The translations under genes were made by a program, and so were the position numbers. DNA of 64,000 nucleotides from the human T2T-CHM13v2.0 reference genome, Homo sapiens: assembly GCF_009914755.1 (NCBI RefSeq), contig NC_060926.1; one strand, given 5' to 3'. The stretch's first letter is position 1. The number at the start of each line of letters is the position of its first letter. This document shows positions 1 through 12,455 of this stretch, in pieces. The notes beneath the pieces were generated by a model. That model was not told the origin of the DNA and ran no database searches. It saw only the letters and a list, made by a program, of their open reading frames with translations.

Positions 1-674
1 TTAGGTATCACTAATCCAAGCCCCTCGCTTAAAGGAAGTACCAGCTGTTTCCTCTCAGGGTCCTCAAGAAACCATAGACTTTTAAAGAGCAGCTATGGTT
101 CTTAAGCCTAGTCTAATCCAGGGCTGCCAACAGTGTCACTGGCACACTACCAGATGCTGGGCGCTTCACAGTCCGTATTGGAAAGCCTACCGGAATGGCA
201 GGCATCCCTCTAAGGCTACAAAAGTTGCCATTCTTCTTAGCTGTGGACTAGTTTTATCAAGTCAGTGGGCATCCTGCATGTCTCAGGCAGAACAGAAGCT
301 CCAATAAGTATTTATGTGTGTCTTTGATTAACAAAGCAGAGAAGCAGGCTGTTACTATTATACTAAATGCGGTAACATAAAAACTTTAAAAACACCAGGT
401 TCACTGAGGTGAGGAAAATACTGGAAACTCTTCAGTAAAAACATCTTCATTTTACTCAAGAGAAAACTACGGTCCATAAAGACTCTGTGCCTGGACCAAG
501 GTTATACCACAAGTTGTGGCTGAAGGAATGAGTGGTCTAGAACCCAAGGTGCTGGGTGCTGGTCTAAGGCTACTTCTAATTTTCTCGCTGTTGCCATGCC
601 CAGAAACCTTCCTGCTTAGACAGATTTGTGTTTTATTTTTTCACCAGCATAAAATTGTTGTATTTCTTACTACC

Positions 675-815
675 AAACCTTCGTTTTCTCATCTGTAAAA
701 TGGGTATAAAATGGTGCTTTCCCGCATAGGGCTTCTATGGGTATTAAATATGATAGATACTGCAGTTAAAGCACTTATAACACTGCCTAGCACATACTGA
801 ACACTCAAAAAATTT
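675..815 (+). mobile_element. MIR SINE fragment
   Basis: catctgtaaaatggg...aaagcacttataacactgcctagcacata resembles the MIR core and 3' end. Confidence 0.75.
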
Positions 816-887
816 CTCTTCAATGAAAACTGGAATCCAACACTTCCCCAACATATAACTCACTGCAAGATTCCCTCAGTTGGGAGC

Positions 888-1075
888 TGTGGCAGAATCT
901 GATAATGACCTCATCAACATCCAGTCTCTCATTCATCCTTAGATAAAAAACCGCGGTATAACCGGAGGGAGGGCCATGCCCAGCTAAAAGAATACACTTG
1001 GCAGCCTCCCTTGAAACCAGGGTAGCCAAAGCAAGGAAGGGAAGTTGGTAGACAGTGCACCCAGGAAATCTTTTA
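888..1075. mobile_element. Ancient ERVL-class LTR fragment (LTR33-like)
   Basis: Begins tgtggcaga and contains ccatgcccagctaaaagaatacacttggcagcctcccttg, similar to the LTR33 consensus as recalled. Confidence 0.5.
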
Positions 1076-1259
1076 AAAGATTTTATGAGGGGAAAAAAAA
1101 AAAAGAAACAGAAATGTGAAGCTCATGGTAAGTTAGCGGCAGGTCTGGAGTTGGAACTCTAGGTTTCTGACTTCCCCAGGTGTCCTTCCCAGATCCTTCC
1201 CCAGTGTGCCAGCATCTTAAGCCCACTCCGTGGCGAGCCCCTACAGCTAGCAGCCGCTA

Positions 1260-1670
1260 CCAGTTCTTGCTTCCTGTGTGCCAGGCATTGTGCACACGAA
1301 CACCACAAGAACCTTGTGAGGCCTCATTACCTGCCGCTCACGTGGGACCGTTATGTTTACTCGCTCAAGGTCACAACAGCCAGTCAGGGGCAGAAGAATT
1401 TTCGCTCCGATTCTGAAGCTGAAGCTGTTACCTTCTCTAGTCTTGAGACCAAAGGAATGCGAGATAGTGAAATAACAAGGATTTCAACACGCATTGATGT
1501 ACTGTACAAAAGGCCGTGTGCTGAAAGTCTGGAGACTAGGGTCAGCTGTGCCAGTGACAAGCTGTGTGACCCTGGGCAAATCAAAACCTCTCTGAGTTTC
1601 GGTTGCTTCCGTAAAACGAGGGAATTGGGCGACTGGATCGCGCGGTTGCTTCTAATTCTAAAATTACAAA
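1260..1670. mobile_element. Two MIR fragments (minus ~1260-1425, plus ~1510-1670) in the CpG-island shore
   Basis: tgtgtgccaggcattgtgc...ctcaaggtcacaacagc (MIR antisense) and agctgtgtgaccctgggcaaatcaaaacctctctgagtttcggttgcttccgtaaaacg (MIR sense). Confidence 0.6.
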
Positions 1671-1689
1671 ATGTCCAACTGCCAGGCGA

Positions 1690-2400
1690 GAGACTACGGA
1701 AGCCCAGTAAGACAGGAAGGGCGGGCGGGGCCTGCCCGGGAGACCCCAAAGCGAGAAAAGGGAGCGCCCGCCCCAGTGGGCCTCGCGGTGCCGCCCGAGC
1801 CAAAGAGCGCGCCCTCAGGGCAGCCGCGAAGCCGGGGAGCGAGCACGCACGCGCGCGCCGCCGCCGCCGGTCCCGGGTTACCTGATAACGCTGCCGCCGC
1901 CGCCTCCCCGCGCACGGGCAGTGTGGCCAGGGGCGGCAGCCAGAGCAGCAGCCACCACCGCCCTTGGCGCGGCCCCATTTCGTTAGGGGTCAGCTCCGTG
2001 CGACCCGAGCCCTAGGGGACCGGCTCCGCCGCGAGGAGCGGAAGTGGCGCGGGGGCTCAGAGAAGGCGGAGGGGGCGGTGAGGCCCGAACGCGGGAAAGG
2101 CGGAGACCCCGCCTCCCCGGGGCGGAGGGAGAGTTGGGCTCGTTGCTCCAGCCTCCGCCCGCGGCCTCGGGGCACGGCGGGCCCAGGCCGGAGGAGCTTT
2201 CGGTGGCGCGACCCCGCTGGCATGCTCCCGGCCTCGGCCTCGGCCTCGGCCTTGGCCTCCGGGCCTCCAGCGCACGCGGGGCGTCCAGGGCCTCATCTTC
2301 CCCTGGGGACCGCCCGGCCGTGTCCCGCTGCCCTCGGCGCAGGGGTGGGAGTTGCAGAGAGGAAGAGTCGCTAACCCGGAGTGTTTCTTAAAACTTGGCT
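1690..2400. promoter_or_regulatory. CpG island / TATA-less, probably bidirectional promoter of NEMP2
   Basis: Very high GC and CpG density. ETS/GABP-type GCGGAAGTG at ~2038-2046, GC boxes GGGGCGG at ~2072 and ~2119, (GCC)n at ~1856-1869 and (GGCCTC)n at ~2230-2265. Confidence 0.9.
1882..1978 (-). CDS. NEMP2: First coding exon of nuclear envelope integral membrane protein 2 (NEMP2/TMEM194B); 97 nt, phase-1 intron follows; remaining exons lie left of the window
   Basis: ATG at 1978 (minus). Translation MGPRQGRWWLLLWLPPLATLPVRGEAAAAALS matches the N-terminal signal peptide I recall for human NEMP2 (continuing VRRCK...). The exon ends TCA G|GTAACC, a canonical donor at 1881-1880. 32 codons + 1 nt fits the next residue being Val (GTN). 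It lies inside a CpG island. Confidence 0.93.
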
Positions 2401-3489
2401 GACCTGTGACCTGCGGATTTGGAGGCTGAATTCTCCGAGCACCTGTGAGTGACAGCCCGTGAATGGGAAGGTCCTTCGGCAAACGCCCTTTTTGTGAATA
2501 AAATACATAAAAGCCAGTTTCTTTATTTTACCTTTCTGTTTATCTTTTTACTTTCATTTGGTAACAAGCAATAACAAATTGGAAATTTGGCCGCTTAAGT
2601 AACACTGACTTGTATGTCTAATCTCGGACACGGCATTTCAGAGTACAGAGGGGCTCGTAAAATGTTCCTTCACCAACATGACAAGGTTCTCTTAAAATTA
2701 CCTTATGTTAAAAAAAAGTTTCTTAATGTAATAGATATATTTTTAAATTAACATATAACCTGAATGATCTTAATACTGATAATTAGGAGATATACATATA
2801 TTTTAAAGAACATTCCCTCCACAGGACCTGGAACCCATTAATTTGACTCAATATTCCATACTTAACTAGGACAGTCTTCTCTAATTCTGGTCTTTTGGTG
2901 AGATATCTTAGAGAACCCAAAGTAACAGAAATTATCCTGTTAAAAATAGATAAGCCTCATTTTTCCTAAAAGTCTGAGTAGGATGGACTAGGCTTTCCTT
3001 GCCCTCAAAGAAAGGTTTAACCAACTGCCCTTAAGCACTTGGCACCATGTGTACACCATGTATGGCTTTTAAAAAGTTAAGAAATTTCCTTGTAAGGGAC
3101 TCTTCAGAGGGATGGTTTTTAAAAATAAACCATCATTACTTGAGTGAAGCCTGTCTTCAGAGAAACAGCAGAGCCCTGATCCAATTCTTTCCTGTATTCC
3201 CAGGTGCGGTGTGCACTTGCTTCTTGCAAGACAGCTTTTGTACCTAACCACATTCATTTTGATTTGGTTTAATTTTGGATGGCACTATGGAAAGTAGCTA
3301 AAATAAACAGGTGGGTTGTTGAATGATGAATGTATTTTCTACAGATATATCTGGTGGAGAAACAAAAGGGCAGGCAGCAATGTACTAAATATTTAAAGTG
3401 CTATTTATATCACAGATCCTTAGTAAATATCTGTAAAGAAGCTATATTGAAACACCACATTTTTCTCTATAAGCAATAAATATTTTTCC

Positions 3490-4610
3490 GGAGATAACAA
3501 GAATGTTAGGAGGTGATAGTTCTGTCACTGGGGGACAATCATGAAATTCCACTTAACCTCTCCAAACTTTTCTTCTGTATGAAAACCTTATCCACTGGGG
3601 GAAGGGCAGGAAGCTTTACCACCAACAGGATCCTGGCAAAGACCCCCTGCTTCTGGAGAAGAGATAGAAGCACAAACCTTCTGCCCTTTGGGGAGCAGCA
3701 GGAGCAGGAAACACTAGGGCTCTGTGTCCTGAACCAATAGAAAATTGAAGTTGGCTACTGCTGGGAAACCCTCTCTCACTCAAGACTCACCACAGATAAA
3801 GGAAGGATTTGGCTGCAATGGGAAAGTGTCAGGAATACTGGGAAAGCCCCACATCTAAGGTTCAGGTGCACAGGGCCTGCCTAAAACCAAGGCAGGACCA
3901 GGAGTGTGAAAAACCCCTTTTCCCCACTACAAGCCAAGCACCAGTGACAACACCAGTCAACTAGTGAGGAGGAAAAAGAGTGGGGAGAGACCTCTCTGTA
4001 ACACAGGCATGCAAACACTGCCAAAAGCTGAGTGAGGGACACTGAGAAAAACTCCCCAGCACTCTAGGTTCCACACTAAAACAATGCAATAGTAACCCCC
4101 TGCTAGAGGAATCTGAATGAAGCCTGTGGTACAGAGTGAAGGCAAGGATAACAACAACAAAACCCAAATTCAGCACAACTCCTGACTAGATTGACTCAAC
4201 TACCCACATTATTGACTGGACAGAAGAGGCATGTTTATTTCTGGACATTAATATTATTTACCTCAGTTGTTACTATTCTCCTACATGTGATATCCATCAT
4301 TTGATCAAAAATTAAAAGACACCCAAAAAAGCAGAGAGGAGAAAAAATCAAGAGGTAAAACAGAACCAGATTCAGAAATGACCCATATATTGGGCTAGAA
4401 TTAATATGCTTATAAAGCTAGTGGAAAAGGTGAACAATATGCATGAATATATATAGAGAATTTCAGCAGAAAGAGGAAAATTACTTAAAAAGTGAAATGG
4501 AAAGGCTAGAAATTAAAAACACCGTATCAGAAATGAAGAATTCTTTCAATGGGCTTATCAGCAGACTGGACATAGCTGAGGAAAGAACCGGTGAATTTGA
4601 ATATAGGTCG
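3490..4610 (+). mobile_element. Ancient L1 (L1M-type) 5'UTR/ORF1 fragment
   Basis: ORF 4443-4655 gives LEIKNTVSEMKNSFNGLISRLDIAEERTGEFE, an L1 ORF1p coiled-coil. The left boundary is uncertain. Confidence 0.7.
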
Positions 4611-5240
4611 ATATGGTTTGGCTGTCTCGCCACCCAAATCTCATTTGAATTGTAGTTCCCATAATCCCCACACATCGTGGGAGGGACCCAGTGGGAGGTA
4701 ACTGAATCATGGGGGTTATTCTTATGCTAGTGAGTGAGTTCTCATGAAATCTGACGGTTTTATAAGGGGCTTTTCCCCTTCACTCAGCACTTCTCTCCTG
4801 CTGCCTTGTGAAGAAGGACATGTTTGCTTCCCCTTCCACCATGATTGTAAGTTTCCTGAGGCCTCCCCAGCCATGCAGAACTGTGAGTCAATTAAACCTC
4901 TTTCCTTTATAAATTATGGGATCTGTGGAACTTTGAACTTGAGAGATGATTTAGGGTATCTGGTGGAAGAAATTTCTAAGCAGCAAAGCATTTAAGAGGA
5001 AGCAGAGCATGAAAGTTTGGAAAATTTGCAGCCTGACGATGCAATAGAAAAGGAAAACCCATTTTCTGGAGAGAAATTCAACCCAGCTGCAGAAGTTTGC
5101 ATAAGTCACAAGGAGCTGAATGTTAATCAACAAAACTATGGGGAAAATGTCTCCAGGGCATGTCGGAGACCTTCTCAGCAGCCCCTCCCATCACAGGCTC
5201 AGAGGCCTAGGAGGGAAAAATAGTATCATGGGCTGCACCT
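4611..5240 (+). mobile_element. THE1 (MaLR) LTR (~4611-4916) joined to a deleted THE1 internal fragment; no 3' LTR
   Basis: gatatggtttggctgt...cccaaatctcat...gaactgtgagtcaattaaacctctttcctttataaatta (THE1 LTR), then gatctgtggaactttgaacttgagagatgatttagggtatctgg (THE1-int). Confidence 0.9.
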
Positions 5241-5246
5241 AGGAAA

Positions 5247-5383
5247 CTTCACCCCATTGGCTCCTCAGCCAAGCACATACAACAAATGTCTGAAACTGTG
5301 GTTCCTTTTATACTGAGCAGGATTACCATGGCAACAACACATCAACAGTAGGGTAAAGCTAACCTGTCTCATGATGGTCTAAA
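5247..5383 (-). pseudogene. 28S (LSU) rRNA fragment including the sarcin-ricin loop
   Basis: The reverse complement reads TTTAGACCATCATGAGACAGGTTAGCTTTACCCTACTGTTGATGTGTTGTTGCCATGGTAATCCTGCTCAGTATAAAAGGAACCACAGTTTCAGACATTTGTTGTATGTGCTTGGCTGAGGAGCCAATGGGGTGAAG. This is colinear with the eukaryotic 28S region around helix 95, with several differences at former CpGs. Confidence 0.93.
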
Positions 5384-7610
5384 GTGACTAATCCACTCTA
5401 GCATTCCAAACTAAAACAGGGAAAAAAAGGCAATCTCTCTTCAACCCCTCCCACCATCCCCTTACCTCTGGTAACCACCAACCTACTTTTTATCTTCATA
5501 AGATCCAGTTTTTTTTTAGCTCCCACATATAAATGAGAACATGTGATATTTGTTTTTCTGTGCTTGGCTTATTTCACTTAGCATAGTGACCTCCAGTTCC
5601 ATCCATGTTGCTGCAAATGATAGGATTTCATTTTTTTTATGGCTGAATAATATTCCATTGTGTATATATGCCACATTTTTTAATCCATTCATCTCATTGA
5701 TGGACACTTGGGTTGATTCCATGTTTTGTCTATTGTGAATAGTGCTTCAGTAAACATGAGAATACAAATATCTCTTTGATATACTAATTTCCTTTCTTTT
5801 GGATATATACCCAGTAGTGGAATTTCTGGATCATATGGTAGGTCTAGTTTTGAGAAACTTCCATATAGTTCCCATAGAGGCTGTGCTAATTTACATTTCC
5901 ACCAACAGTGCACAAGTATTCCCCTTTCTCCACATCCTTACCAGCATATGTTATTCCCTGTCTTTTTGATTAAAAAAAAAACTGAAGTGAGATACCTCAT
6001 TGTGATTTTGATTTGTACTTTCCTGATGATTTTGGATGTTGAACATTTTTTCGTATACCTGTTAGCTATTTGTATGTCTTCTTTTGAGAAATGTCTATTC
6101 AGATCTTTTGCTTATTTTAAAATTGGATTATTTGGGGTTTTTTGCTATTCAATTGTTTGAGTTCCTGATATATTCTGGTTATTAATCTCGGTCAGACAAG
6201 TAGTTTGCAAATATTTTCTCTCATTCTATGGGTTGTCTCTTCCGTTTGTTGAGTATTTCCTTTGCTATGCAGAAGCTTGTTAGCTCGATGTAATTCTGTT
6301 TGCCTATTTTTTCTTTGGTTCCCTGTACTTTTGTGGTCTTACCAAAAAATCTTTGCCCAAATCAATGTCCTGAAACGTTTTCTTCTAGTAGTTTCATAGT
6401 TTCAGGTCTTAGATTTAAGCCTTTAATTCATCTTGAGTTGATGTTTCTATATGGTAAGATATAGAGGTTAGCTTCATCCTTCTGCATATGGTTATCCATT
6501 TTTCCCAGCACATTTTATTGAAGAGACTCTCTTCTCCCCATTGTATGTCCTTGGTACTTCTGTTGAAAATGAGTTGGCTCTAAACATGTGGATTTATTTC
6601 TGGGTTCTGTATTCTGTGCCATTGGTCTATGTGTCTTTTGTTATGCCAGTACCCTTCTGTTTTGGTTACTATAGCTTTGTAATATATTTTGAAATCAAGT
6701 AGTATGATGTCTCCAGCTTTGTTCTTTTCGCCCAGGATTGCTCTGGCTATTTTGAATCTTGAATGGCTTCATACAAATTTTAGGATTTTTTTTTATTTCT
6801 GTGAAGAATGTCATTGGTATTTTGATAGGGGTTGTATTGAATTTGTAGATCACTTTGGGCAGTATGGACATTTTAATAATATTAATTATTCCAATCCATG
6901 AAATCTTAAATTTCTTTCATCAGTGTTTTATAGTTTACTTACATAGATTTTTCACTTCATTGGTTAAACTGATTCCTAGGTATTTTATACTCTTTGTAGC
7001 TATTATAAATGGGATTGGTTTCTTGATTTCTTTTTCAGATTGTTTGCTTTTAGCATATATAAATACAACTGATTTTTGTATGTTGATTTTTGTATCCTGC
7101 AACTTTACTGAATTCATTTACTACTTCTAACAGGTTTTTTTGTGGAATCTTTAGGTTTTTCTAAGTAAAAGATCATGTTATCTGCAAATAAGGCTAATTT
7201 GACTTCTTCCTTTCCAATTTGGAAGCCCTTTATTTCTTTCTCTTGCCTAATTGCTCTTGCTAGGACTTCCAGTATTATGTTGGCTAAAAGTAGTGAAAGT
7301 GGACATCCTTGTCTTGTTCCAGATCTTAGAGGAAAGGGTTTCAATTTCTCCTTATTCAGTATAATGTTAACTATGAGTTTCTCATCTATGGCCCTTATTA
7401 TTTTGAGATGTTTTTTCTATATTCAGTTCGTTGAAGGTTTTTATCATAAAGGGATGAATATTTTATTGAATGTTTTTCCAGCATGTATTGGAACGATCAT
7501 ATGGTTTTTGTTCTGGGTTCTGTTAATGTGATGTATCACATTCATTGATTTGCATATGTCAAACCATCCTTGCATTCCTTGGATGAATTCCACTTGATCA
7601 TAGTGAATGA

Positions 7611-7915
7611 TTTTTTTTTTTTTGAGACAGCACCTCACTTTATCACCCATACTGGAGTACAGTGGCACGATCATGGGTCACTGCAGCCTCAACCCCCCAG
7701 GCTCAAATGATCCTCCCGCCTCAGCCTCCTGAGTAGCTGGGACTACAGACGCATGCCACCAAGCCCAGATAATATATTTTACTTTATGTTTGGTAGAGAT
7801 AGGGTCTCACTATGTTACACAGGCTCCTTGAGTTACTCCTGTGCTCAAGCAATCCTCCTGCCTTGGCCTCCCAACATGCTGGGATTACAGGCATGAGCCA
7901 GCATGCATACCCAGC
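7611..7915 (-). mobile_element. AluJ inserted in L1
   Basis: Poly-T followed by an antisense Alu dimer with J-type features (ggtcactgcagcctcaacc, ggtctcactatgtt). Confidence 0.9.
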
Positions 7916-9537
7916 ATGCATGATCTTTAAATGTTGTTGAATTCAGTTTGATAGTATTTTGTTGAGCATTTTTGGGTTTGAGGTTTATTAGGGATATTGG
8001 CCTGTAGTTTTCATTTTTGTGTGTGGGTCCTTATCTGGTTTTGGTGTCAAGGTAATGGTGGCCTCTTAGAATGAGTTTAGATGTATTCCCTCCTCAATTT
8101 TTAAAAAGAGTTTGAGTAGAATTGGTATTAGTTTTTCTTTCAATGTTTGGTAGAATTCAGCAGTGAATCCATTAGATCCTGGGCCTTTCTTTGATGGGAG
8201 ATTTTTTATTATGGCTTCACTCTCATTATTCATCATTGGTTTGGTGAGGTTTTTAATTTCTTCAATCTTGGCATGTTTTATGTATCCAGGAATTTTTCCA
8301 TTTCTTCTAGGTTTTCTGATTTGTTGGTGAATACTCATTCACATTAGTCTCTAATGATTCCTTGTATTTCTGTGGTCTCAGTTGTTATGTCTCCTTTTCA
8401 TTTCTGATTTTATTTATTTGGGTCTTCTCTTCTGAATTAGTCTGGCTAAAAGTTTGTCGATTTTATCTTTTCAAAAAAACAATTTCATTTTATATATATG
8501 TGTATATATATATATATATTTGGTCTCCATTTTATTTAGTTCTGCTCTGATATTTACTACTTCTGTTCTTCTACTAATTTGGGGTTTGGTTTGTTCTTGT
8601 TTTTCTAGTTCCTTCTAGTTCCTTTCTAGTTCCTTCAGGGGCATTGTTAGGTTATTTGAAGTCTTTCTACTTTTTGATATAGATGTTTATTGCTATAAAC
8701 TTTCCTCTTACTACTGTTATTGCTGTATCCTATAGATTTTGGTATGTTGTATTTGTACTTTCATTTGTTTCAAGAAATTCTTACATTTCTTTCTTAATTT
8801 CTTGTTTCATTAATTTCTTCATTTGTTCATTTCTTAATTGGTCATTTGGAAGCAAGTTGTTTAATTTTAACAGGTTGATGTAACTATTATTGTTTTTCAT
8901 AGATATGTCTTTTGGGCTTCATATTAAAGCTGTTAGTAGATTGCACACCACAGTTACAGTATTAGAGTATTCTGGGTTTGCCCACATACTTAATTTTACC
9001 ACTGGGTTTTAAACTTTCAAATATTTTCTATTTGCAACTTAGTGTTTTTACCTCTCAGATTGAAGAACTCCCTTTAGCATTTCCTGTAAGATGGGGCTGG
9101 TGCTGAATTCTGTGAACATTTTTCTGGGAAGGATTTTATCTCTTCTCTATATTTGAAAGATAGCTTTGCAGAATACAGTATTCTTGGATAGCAGTTTTTT
9201 TTTTTTCTTTTTCTAACAGCACTTTGAAAATGTCCCATTTCCTCCTGGCCTGTATGGTTTTTGTTGAGAAGTCTGTTGCCAGAAAAATTGGAGCTCCTTC
9301 ATATGTTATTTGTTTCTTTTTGCTGCTTTTGGGATCCTCTCTTTGTCGTCTGAGTTTGATTATTACATGCCTTGGGGTAGTCTTACTAAGGTTAAATCTG
9401 TTTGGTGTTCTCTGACCTTCCTGTACCTGGATATTTATCTCTTTCTGTTTTGGAAATTTTTCTGTTATTATTTCTCTGAATAAGCTTTCTACCTCTTGCT
9501 CTTGCCCAACTCCCTCTTGAACACACATAATTCTTAG

Positions 9538-9837
<300 letters not shown>

Positions 9838-11802
9838 TGAGATTTGATTTTTGAGGTAACTTTCTATATCTTGTAGGTGATCTTCCTTTTCATTGTTTTT
9901 TTACTTTTTTTTTTCTTCTGGCTGTGTCTTTTTAAATAGCCTGTCTTCAGGCTCACTGATTCTTTCCTCTGCTGAATCTATTCTGCTGTTGAGAACCACT
10001 AATGAATTTTTCAGTTTAGCAAATGTGTTTCTCAGTTCTAAGATTTCTATTTGATTTTTAAAATTATTTTAATCTCTGTTAAATTTCTCTGATAAATTTC
10101 TGAATTGCTATTCTGTGTTATCTTAGAGATCACTAAGTTTCCCTAAATCTGCTGTTTTGAATTCTTGGTCAGAAAGTTCACATAGCACTGTTTTTGTAGG
10201 TTTAGTCACTGGTTCTTTGCTTTGTGTGTCTGGAGAGGTCATGGTTCCCTGTTTACTATAGTTTCTTGTGAATCTATATCTATGTCTTTGTAATGAAGAA
10301 TTAGTTACTTATTCCAGTCTTCTCTATCTGGCTTGTTTGGGTTTTTACTGTACATGTTTGCTCAGATTCTTTGTAATTTATTTATTGATAGTCTTCCCTC
10401 CACCCGTGACTAGGCTGCTATCTTCTTTTCAGCCCTGGATGGTGCCTTAAGCCCAGTTTGCCTGGCACTAATAAATAACCAGAGTGCCACCTGTCCCAAA
10501 TGAGGGAGGTCCCAAAGTGGGTAGCCTGCTACTGTGAAAAGGCTGGCTAGGAGTTTGTGCCCAGGGTACCTGTGGAACAAACCTCCGACAGCACAGTGCT
10601 GATGAACAGTCACTCTCATTTGATATCTCTTTTGGCCAAGTCACTGAGCAGAGTTTTTAGGTGGGATGGTTGTCCTCTCTTTTTGCCCCTGTCTCTGGCT
10701 GTTCTCAAGGATATTTCTCCCTGGCTCACAGTTTTTACACTGGAAAAGTGAGATTGAGGTGGACAATCAGCTTTCTCACCATCTTGGGTTCCCTGGCAGG
10801 AGTCCTGTTCCTGCCTCAACCCTTGGGAAGCATCAGCAGTGCCTGAAATACCACACACTTGGTGACAGGCAGATTGAGGAGAGGTGCATTGTAAATATGT
10901 AAGTTCAATTCTCTTACCACCTGCTTGTAATTTTTTCACTTCTCTGTGGCTTCAGGAACTGTCTCATCCTCCTATTGGAGTTCAGGAATTTTGCTGGTGA
11001 TAATGTTAGGGGCTGTATATTTGTTTTTGGGTTTCTGTAGAAAAAAAGTGAAGCCAGCTTGCTTATAACCCACCATTTTGGAACCAGAAGTCTCATAAAT
11101 TCTTTAATTCCATTAGACTATTTCCATGTGATGTGAAAAAGATGACAATTCAATTTTCAGCCTCTGCTTTTTTATTTCTATGGTTCTTGCTCTTTATAAC
11201 TAATTAATTTTCAGTAACTGTCATGGGCTATAATCAGTCACTATGAATCAGAAGTAAAATTCAGCTCATGTGAGAAATTATTTAGGAGCTTTCACTTAGC
11301 TTTTAGGTAGAACATTTAATTAAGTTAAAAGAAAATGGCAAAGTTCTACTACTTTAGGTTCTTTGATAAAGAAAAATTTAGTCTGTTACTGCAATAATAC
11401 CAGCCAATGCCATAAAGATTACAGAGGCTATGTGTCATCATTTCTTTCTTTCAAAAATCCCCAGTTTTAGAATTTTACTCATTAAAAGACAGAGTATCTG
11501 AGACTTCTCCATAAAAGAATAAAAATAGAAGTTGATTTGTTGTATCACGTTTTTCTTAGCATATTTCATTTAGAAAATATTTTGAAATTGACTTGCCATA
11601 TACTAGTTCAGTAATTTTAATAAGTCATGTCAAAACTAATAAATAGGTTATTTCAATAAAAATAAATGATATTGTATAGGATTAGAATAAATATAATTTA
11701 TTAAGAAAAAGGTAATATGTCCTCTATAATAAATTGCTAAAGCTCTTGGTAAAAAAAAATTGGTTAAATTCCTGTAAGTTGAGAGATGTGGAATTTTTTT
11801 AA

Positions 11803-11952
11803 GTTGTGATTCTCAAATTTTGGTGTGAATGAGAGTCCCATCTCTAAAGATTCTTATTCAGTAGGTCTGATACATAGCTTGGGGATTTACATTTATGATT
11901 CTGAAGCAAATATTCTTTTGACTATACTGTATTAGTGGTGAGAAAAAATACT
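11803..11952. mobile_element. MER5-like hAT MITE fragment
   Basis: gtgattctcaaattttggtgtg...agattcttattcagtaggtctg resembles MER5. Confidence 0.5.
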
Positions 11953-12130
11953 CAAAAGTGATTGGTGATTACTGAATCATGGCTGGAAAATAGTATTAAT
12001 GGGAAAAATAGTATAATCAGTTAATCTGAAAAAAGCAAAGTTGAACAAATACAGTGCATCTAAGAGTACATTTAAGGTAACTAAGATACAGGAAACTGGT
12101 CACCAGTTATTTATTATTTTTTTAAAAAGT

Positions 12131-12455
12131 AGCCAGGTGTGGTGGTTCATGCCTGTAATACCAGCACTTTGGGAGGCCATGGCAGGAGGATCACTTGAGC
12201 TCAGGAATTCTAGACTAGCCTAGTCACCATAGTGAGACACTGTCTCTACCCCCGCAAAAAAAAAAAAAAAAAAAAAAAATTAGCTGGGTGTAGTGGCACA
12301 CACCTGTAGTCCCAGCTACTCAGGAGGCTGATGTAGGAGGATCACTTGAGCCAGGAGTTCAAGCCACAGTGAGCTATGATTACGCCACTGCATTCCAATC
12401 TGGGCAACAAATCAAGACCCTGTCTCAAAAGTAAGTAAATAAATAAAACAAAAAA
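12131..12455 (+). mobile_element. AluJ with expanded central A-tract
   Basis: Alu dimer; ggaggatcacttgagc in both arms; long poly-A linker at ~12256-12279. Confidence 0.9.

Larger units (their letters stand above)
1..1881 (-). other. NEMP2: NEMP2 intron 1 (partial)
   Basis: Downstream of the GT donor at 1881 on the minus strand. No NEMP2 exon-2-like peptide is seen in 1-1881, which carries MIR/LTR fragments. Confidence 0.85.

Noticed and set aside
1694-1881. Continuation of the NEMP2 ORF to 94 aa
   Set aside because: This is read-through into intron 1 past the canonical GT donor; the peptide diverges from NEMP2 after ...AALS.
1316-2482. Several overlapping 110-190 aa ORFs on both strands (e.g. 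1316-1885, 1964-2374, 2057-2482)
   Set aside because: GC-rich CpG-island and MIR sequence is depleted of stop codons. The peptides are Arg/Gly/Pro/Ala-rich with no recognisable domain, and several start at non-ATG codons.
5247-5383. Functional rRNA gene
   Set aside because: Only 137 nt long, with a mutated GAGA tetraloop and CpG decay, so it is a pseudogenic fragment.
8603-8636. Triplicated ttctagttcc 10-mer; similar micro-duplications at ~19311, ~19501 and ~22354
   Set aside because: Ordinary slippage duplications inside dead repeats.
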